Shown here one piece after another: positions 35,803-41,308 of a stretch of DNA of 41,308 bases. Under the pieces are notes generated by a model, which searched no databases, had not been told where the DNA came from, and saw only the letters and a list, made by a program, of their open reading frames with translations. The DNA is from Candidatus Magasanikiibacteriota bacterium (lineage in GTDB: Bacteria > Patescibacteriota > Minisyncoccia > UBA6257 > GWB1-50-10). The DNA lies in contig JBDGRM010000022.1 in NCBI GenBank assembly GCA_042218035.1, positions 1-41,308 on the forward strand. Direction: 5' to 3'. Every line of letters begins with the position of its first letter. Positions within the stretch are counted from its first letter, which is position 1. A program made the translations under genes and the position numbers.

Positions 35803-37818
35803 ATGAAAAGAAAAAATAAAAAATTTCAATTGGAGGCTGATTTTAAACCAGCTGGCGATCAGCCAAAAGCTATTGAGGAACTGGTTGATGGTATTAATAA
35901 AGGATATGAACATCAAACGTTACTCGGAGCCACCGGAACCGGAAAGACTTTTACCGTGGCTAATGTAATTGAACAAATTCAAAAACCAACACTTTACATA
36001 GCCCACAACAAAACTCTGGCAGCCCAGCTTTGTAATGAATTAAGAGAACTTTTCCCTCATAATGCCGTTGAGTATTTTGTTTCTTATTACGACTATTACC
36101 AGCCGGAAGCGTACGTACCAACTACCGATACCTATATTGGGAAAGAGGCTATGATAAACGACGAAGTGGATAAATTACGTCACTCGGCCACTACCTCGCT
36201 TTTAACAAGGAAAGATGTAATAGTAGTTTCTTCTGTCTCCTGTATTTACGGACTCGGTGCTCCAAAGTCATACGAAAAGCATATCGTTAATTTAGAAAAA
36301 GGTGAAAAGATTGATCGCCAAGAGTTAACGAAAGAGTTAGTGAGAATTCAATTTGAAAGAACTAACTCTGATCTTAAAAGAGGTACTTTTAGGTTGAAGG
36401 GTAACACTTTAGAAATTATGCCCACGAACCAGGAAGTGATTTACACGATTGATTTGAATAAAGACGACAAAATTGAAGAGATATTTTTAGTTGATCCGGT
36501 AAAGGGCTTTCAAATTGGTAAAACACCAACTGCAGAAGTTATTAATGTAGCACCCGCCCAACACTTTATTACTGAAAAGCCTGAACGGGAAGAGGCTATT
36601 AAAAAAATAAACAAAGAACTCCAGCAGAGACTGAAAGAGCTTGAAAATGAAGGTAAACACTTGGAAGCTGAAAGACTTGAAAGGAGAACCAAAAATGACA
36701 TTGCAATGATTAGAGAAGTTGGATATTGCAGCGGAATAGAAAATTATTCGATTCATTTGTCCGACCGGGAACCCGGTGATCCTCCCGCTACTTTAATAGA
36801 TTATTTTCCCGATGATTTCTTGACTGTTATAGACGAGTCTCATGTAACGGTGCCCCAAATTGGAGGTATGTTTGCAGGGGACCGCTCTCGAAAAGAAACA
36901 TTAGTTGAGCATGGATTCAGACTTCCCTCAGCTTTAGAGAATAGACCTCTCAAGTTTGAGGAATTTGAGGAGAAAACGGACCAAACTATATATACTTCAG
37001 CGACTCCTGATGATTATGAAAAAGAAGTTAGCGAAAAAGTAGTAGAGCAGATTATTAGACCTACGGGGCTTGTGGACCCAAAAGTTACAATAGAGCCCGC
37101 TCGGGGCCAAGTTGATGATCTTATTGAAAAAATTGAAGGGAGAATTGAGCAAGGGGACAGAGTTTTAGTGACTACTTTAACAAAGAAAATGGCCGAGGAT
37201 TTAACCGATTATCTGCAGGATGACAAGGAAATGAGCGTTGCTTATATACATTCCGGGGTGGATACCATAGATAGAATCAAAATCCTTACTAAACTCCGAA
37301 AAGGTGACTACGATATAGTAGTGGGGGTTAACCTATTGAGAGAAGGGCTGGACCTCCCGGAAGTTTCCTTAGTTGCTATTTTGGATGCTGACAAGGAGGG
37401 TTTCTTGCGTTCAGAAACTTCTTTGATTCAGGTGATAGGTCGAGCAGCTCGAAACGTGAGAGGAGAAGTTGTGCTTTATGCAGATGAAATTACCGGCTCT
37501 ATAGAAGCCGCAGTGGAAGAAACTGAGCGGAGACGAAAGAAACAAATTGAATACAATGAAAAGCATGATATTGAGCCGGAGACGATTGACAAAGAAATTT
37601 CTGATATAGCCCCAATTGAGATGGATGAAGTGCTAGAGTTGGAAAATAAGCCTTTGCCCGAAGAAGGAAAAGATATAGAAAAATTAATTGAACAGAAAGA
37701 AAAAGAAATGGAAGAAGCGGCCGACAATCTGGACTTTGAATTAGCTGCGGCTCTGCGAGACGAAATTAAAGAATTAATGAAACAAAAATCAGAATCCGAC
37801 CAGCAGCCGGCCGATTAG
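35803..37818 (+). CDS. uvrB: excinuclease ABC subunit B
   Basis: GDQPKAI, GATGTGKT, YYDYYQPEAY, IDESH, NLLREGLD, C-terminal UVR domain (FELAAALRDEI). Confidence 0.97.
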   Translation: MKRKNKKFQLEADFKPAGDQPKAIEELVDGINKGYEHQTLLGATGTGKTFTVANVIEQIQKPTLYIAHNKTLAAQLCNELRELFPHNAVEYFVSYYDYYQPEAYVPTTDTYIGKEAMINDEVDKLRHSATTSLLTRKDVIVVSSVSCIYGLGAPKSYEKHIVNLEKGEKIDRQELTKELVRIQFERTNSDLKRGTFRLKGNTLEIMPTNQEVIYTIDLNKDDKIEEIFLVDPVKGFQIGKTPTAEVINVAPAQHFITEKPEREEAIKKINKELQQRLKELENEGKHLEAERLERRTKNDIAMIREVGYCSGIENYSIHLSDREPGDPPATLIDYFPDDFLTVIDESHVTVPQIGGMFAGDRSRKETLVEHGFRLPSALENRPLKFEEFEEKTDQTIYTSATPDDYEKEVSEKVVEQIIRPTGLVDPKVTIEPARGQVDDLIEKIEGRIEQGDRVLVTTLTKKMAEDLTDYLQDDKEMSVAYIHSGVDTIDRIKILTKLRKGDYDIVVGVNLLREGLDLPEVSLVAILDADKEGFLRSETSLIQVIGRAARNVRGEVVLYADEITGSIEAAVEETERRRKKQIEYNEKHDIEPETIDKEISDIAPIEMDEVLELENKPLPEEGKDIEKLIEQKEKEMEEAADNLDFELAAALRDEIKELMKQKSESDQQPAD

Positions 37819-37862
37819 AGGATAGGATAGGAATGAATAATTTTTATAGAAATGGGCCGACT

Positions 37863-37972
37863 GTCCGTAGGGAAAGCCCTCAGAAGCCCAATCTCTTCGT
37901 CCTTCCTCGGAGCATTATAATATACTGCTCCTCGTCAGTCCTTGACCTTGAACTTCTGAGAACTTTCTGGAC
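37863..37972. repeat. ~110-bp nested inverted-repeat element (MITE/REP-like or structured RNA)
   Basis: GTCC/GGAC, GAAAG/CTTTC, CTCAGAAG/CTTCTGAG and GGAGCA/TGCTCC nested pairs; GC-richer than flanks. Confidence 0.55.
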
Positions 37973-38035
37973 GAATTCTGATGCTGGCTTTCAAATAATC
38001 TATTTATTTAAAATTATAATAATTAACTAAAAAAT

Positions 38036-38701
38036 ATGAGCCAAGACAAAATAAAAATTGAAGGAGCCAAAGAACATAACCTTAAAGACGTAGATATTGA
38101 AATTCCAAAAAATGAAGTGGTTGTCTTTACCGGTGTTTCCGGCTCGGGGAAGTCAAGCTTAGCCTTCGATACTCTTTTTGCTGAAGGCCAAAGACGTTAT
38201 GTTGAATCTTTATCTTCTTATGCTCGTCAGTTTTTAGCAAAATTGGACAAACCGGATGTAGATGAAATAGTGGGCCTTTCTCCGGCAATTTCAATTGACC
38301 AGAAATCGCCCTCCAAAAACCCTCGTTCCACGGTTGCTACCATAACTGATATTTATGATTATATGCGGGTATTATTTGCTCGGGCCGGTGAACCATATTG
38401 TCCAGAATGCGGCTCTGCTATTACAAGCATGACTGTCCAAGAAATAGTGGACATAGCCTTGGATTTTGCCGAAAAAAAAGAAGGAAAATCTCTTGAGATA
38501 CTTTCCCCAATCGTAAGGGAAGAGGAGGGAGAATTTTACCAAATGCTTTATGACTTATTGGATGCTGGCTTTAGAGAGGCTAGAGTAGATGGGGAGTTTC
38601 AGTCTTTAAGGGATAGAGTAGAGCTGGATGAAGATGAGGAACATACAATAGAAGTTTTATCTGACAGAGTTCCCTACGGCGTTGACCTTGAGGATAAATA
38701 A
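38036..38701 (+). CDS. uvrA: excinuclease ABC subunit A, N-terminal part (reading frame interrupted)
   Basis: [35 protein letters not shown], UvrB-binding domain; stops at AAA-TAA. Confidence 0.9.
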   Translation: MSQDKIKIEGAKEHNLKDVDIEIPKNEVVVFTGVSGSGKSSLAFDTLFAEGQRRYVESLSSYARQFLAKLDKPDVDEIVGLSPAISIDQKSPSKNPRSTVATITDIYDYMRVLFARAGEPYCPECGSAITSMTVQEIVDIALDFAEKKEGKSLEILSPIVREEEGEFYQMLYDLLDAGFREARVDGEFQSLRDRVELDEDEEHTIEVLSDRVPYGVDLEDK

Positions 38702-40550
38702 CCGAAGACGAGTAAGTGAGGCCATTGAGCGATCTCTTAAAAGATCAGACGGTCTTGTAATCATTAAGGTAGGAGAAGAAGAAAAGACACTCTCCTCTAG
38801 ACACACTTGCCCTCGAGACGACTTTACCTTCAAGGAGATAGAGCCAAGGCTTTTCTCTTTTAACAGCCCTTACGGTGCTTGCGATGAATGCGACGGGTTG
38901 GGAACGGCTGAGAAAAAATCCGATGAGATATGTGAAAAATGCCAAGGGAAGCGACTTAAAAAAGAAGCACTTAATGTATTGCTTGAAGGAAAAAACATAG
39001 CGGAGGTGTCTGCCATGTCTATTAAAGAGTCACATGAATTTTTTGACTCGCTTGATACTAATGAAGATGAAAAATTTCAGGAAGTCGTATCAGCTCCGCT
39101 CCGGGAAATTAAAAATAGGCTAAAGTTTCTTTTGGATGTAGGGCTTAATTATTTAACCCTAGACAGAAAAGCAGGCACTCTTTCTGGTGGTGAATCTCAA
39201 AGAATTCGATTGGCTTCCCAAATAGGCTCCGGCCTTACGGGAACTTTGTATGTTTTAGATGAGCCTACTATAGGGCTCCACCAAAAAGACAATGCTCGGC
39301 TTATTGAAACTCTTCATGATCTAAAGGATTTGGGTAATACCGTGTTAGTAGTTGAACATGATGAGAATACCATAAAGTCAGGAGATTATTTGGTTGATAT
39401 AGGTCCCGGCCCTGGAAGACACGGGGGTGAAATTGTAGCTGACGGTAAAATGCCTGAAATTTTAGAAGATGAAGACCAAGAATCTTTGACACTGGATTAC
39501 TTGAGAGGAGACAAAGAAATATCTATACCCGACCAAAAAAGAAAAGTGCGAGATCAGCATGATTCTTTGAAAATTAGAGGAGCGAGCCAGCACAATCTTA
39601 AAGATATTGATGTGGATATTCCGTTACGGAGACTTAACGTTATTACCGGTGTTTCCGGTTCCGGAAAGTCAACCCTTCTCTATGATGTAGTGCATAAACA
39701 TCTTGCTAATGAGCTAAATGGAGCAAGCCACAAAACGGGCTCCTTTGATTCTATTTTAGGGCTTGAATATTTGCATAGAGTAGTGAGCATTGATCAGTCT
39801 CCCATTGGTAGAACTCCTCGTTCCAATCCTGCAACTTACACTGGGGCGTGGGATTACATTCGGGATCTTTTTGCCTCCACCGAAGAAGCAAGAGTAAGAG
39901 GGTACAAAAAAGGAAGATTTAGTTTTAACGTTAAGGGCGGTCGCTGTGAAAACTGCAGGGGGTACGGCACCATAAAAATTGAAATGCATTTTATGCCCGC
40001 TGTGTATGTAGAATGCGATGTTTGTGAGGGAAAAAGATATGACAGAGAAACATTGGAGGTGGAGTACAAGGGTAAAAATATTTATGACGTTTTACAGATG
40101 ACGGTCGAAGAAGCCAGTGAGTTTTTTGATGATATACCTTGGCTGGATGACAGGTTCGATCTTTTAGAAGAAGTTGGTCTGGGTTATTTACGTTTGGGTC
40201 AGCCCTCACCCACACTTTCAGGAGGAGAGGCCCAGAGAGTAAAGCTATCCTCTGAGCTTGCTAAAAAAGACAGAAAAAAGAGCATTTATCTCTTGGATGA
40301 ACCAACTACCGGTCTTCACCTTCATGATGTAAAGAGATTAATAAAAGTAATTCAAAAGTTGGTGGACAGAGGAAATACGGTGGTAGTAATTGAACATCAT
40401 CCAGATGTAATAAAATCTGCCGATTGGGTAATAGACTTGGGTCCTGATGGTGGAAAGGATGGAGGAGAAGTGGTGGCCGAAGGAACCCCCAGGCAGGTTG
40501 CTCGCAAAGAAACTTATACCGGAGATTATCTGCGTGATATCTTTCAATAA
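38700..40550 (+). CDS. uvrA: excinuclease ABC subunit A, C-terminal part in the +1 frame (fused product ~837 aa)
   Basis: [31 protein letters not shown], second [20 protein letters not shown]. Confidence 0.9.
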   Translation, partial: NRRRVSEAIERSLKRSDGLVIIKVGEEEKTLSSRHTCPRDDFTFKEIEPRLFSFNSPYGACDECDGLGTAEKKSDEICEKCQGKRLKKEALNVLLEGKNIAEVSAMSIKESHEFFDSLDTNEDEKFQEVVSAPLREIKNRLKFLLDVGLNYLTLDRKAGTLSGGESQRIRLASQIGSGLTGTLYVLDEPTIGLHQKDNARLIETLHDLKDLGNTVLVVEHDENTIKSGDYLVDIGPGPGRHGGEIVADGKMPEILEDEDQESLTLDYLRGDKEISIPDQKRKVRDQHDSLKIRGASQHNLKDIDVDIPLRRLNVITGVSGSGKSTLLYDVVHKHLANELNGASHKTGSFDSILGLEYLHRVVSIDQSPIGRTPRSNPATYTGAWDYIRDLFASTEEARVRGYKKGRFSFNVKGGRCENCRGYGTIKIEMHFMPAVYVECDVCEGKRYDRETLEVEYKGKNIYDVLQMTVEEASEFFDDIPWLDDRFDLLEEVGLGYLRLGQPSPTLSGGEAQRVKLSSELAKKDRKKSIYLLDEPTTGLHLHDVKRLIKVIQKLVDRGNTVVVIEHHPDVIKSADWVIDLGPDGGKDGGEVVAEGTPRQVARKETYTGDYLRDIFQ

Positions 40551-40645
40551 GTTGAAGTTTGAGATAGGTTTTTATTCTTACAGTTTTAAGATAAGATGAA
40601 TGTAAAGAAAAGGTCGAAAATATTTTACTAATTTTTATATCGGTT

Positions 40646-41254
40646 ATGTTTCAATTACCAGAACTTCCTTATAATTATGACGACTTAGAGCCGCCCATCG
40701 ACAAAAAGACAATGAAGATTCACTATAGCAAGCACCACCAAGGCTATGTGAATAAGTTAAATAAAGCATTAGAAGGATATGATAAGCTTAGCTCTAAATC
40801 TGTTCAAGAATTACTTTCCAATCTAGATGATGTTCCACAAGAAGTGAGAACGAAGGTAAGGAATTTTGGTGGGGGCCACCTTAACCATTCGCTTTTTTGG
40901 CCATCTATGAGCCCTAATGGTGGGGGCGAACCAAGCGGACAACTTGCCGATGTGATTAGAAGAGTGTTTGGTGGGTTTGATGAATTCAAGCAAGAATTTG
41001 AAGATACTGCTTCAGGCGTTTTTGGTTCGGGTTGGGGTTGGCTTGTGGCTAATCCCTCCGGAGATTTAGAGCTTGTACAAACTAAAAATCAAGATAATCC
41101 AATATCAAACGATCTAGAGCCATTGCTGGGGGTAGATGTTTGGGAACATGCTTATTACTTGAAATATCAAAACAAACGAGGCGAGTACCTAGAAAACTGG
41201 TGGAGTGTAGTCGACTGGGACAAAATAGAAGAGAGATATCAGAAAATAGTGTAA
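40646..41254 (+). CDS. sodA: superoxide dismutase, Mn-type signature
   Basis: HYSKHH, NFGGGHLNH, NQDNP, DVWEHAYY. Confidence 0.93.
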   Translation: MFQLPELPYNYDDLEPPIDKKTMKIHYSKHHQGYVNKLNKALEGYDKLSSKSVQELLSNLDDVPQEVRTKVRNFGGGHLNHSLFWPSMSPNGGGEPSGQLADVIRRVFGGFDEFKQEFEDTASGVFGSGWGWLVANPSGDLELVQTKNQDNPISNDLEPLLGVDVWEHAYYLKYQNKRGEYLENWWSVVDWDKIEERYQKIV

Positions 41255-41308
41255 CCCTCCAAACAGCAAGGTAAGTATATTTCTTGAATTCCTATTTTTT
41301 CTTTTTAA

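Noticed and set aside
1-41308. CRISPR array, rRNA, prophage, transposase or alternative genetic code
   Set aside because: No regularly spaced repeats or such genes seen; TGA, TAA and TAG all end conserved genes at expected positions, consistent with code 11

Overview
AT-rich bacterial chromosomal segment whose gene content and order (DsbA + SPW peptide, tRNA-Thr-prfB-ftsE-ftsX, ctpA-rplI/rpmA, rny-HU, rnhB-rpmF-nusB-rnc-short smc-rpsP, uvrB-uvrA, sod) and general lack of Shine-Dalgarno sites point to a Patescibacteria/CPR (Parcubacteria-like) genome. Strongly acidic cytoplasmic proteins suggest a saline habitat (inference). About 40 CDS and three tRNAs (Thr-CGT, Gln-CTG, Gly-TCC) are present; no rRNA, CRISPR, integrase or transposase was seen. 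Most notable: (1) an accessory block downstream of tRNA-Gln with a duplicated tRNA 3' end and a ~1616-aa protein ending in an intact Pol-beta/class I nucleotidyltransferase domain (CCA/OAS/cGAS-like), preceded by a possible ADP-ribosyltransferase-like domain; (2) an RF2 lacking its N-terminal domain that starts just after a tRNA; (3) uvrA split by a +1 shift at GAGGAT-AAA-TAA-C; (4) an ECF sigma/anti-sigma/secreted protein module with two divergent ECF-type promoters; (5) a hinge-less SMC, a degenerate iPGM, an L27 with a remodelled N-tail, and a recurrent AAAGGTCGA 5'-leader motif. All calls come from manual motif recognition; no database searches were run.
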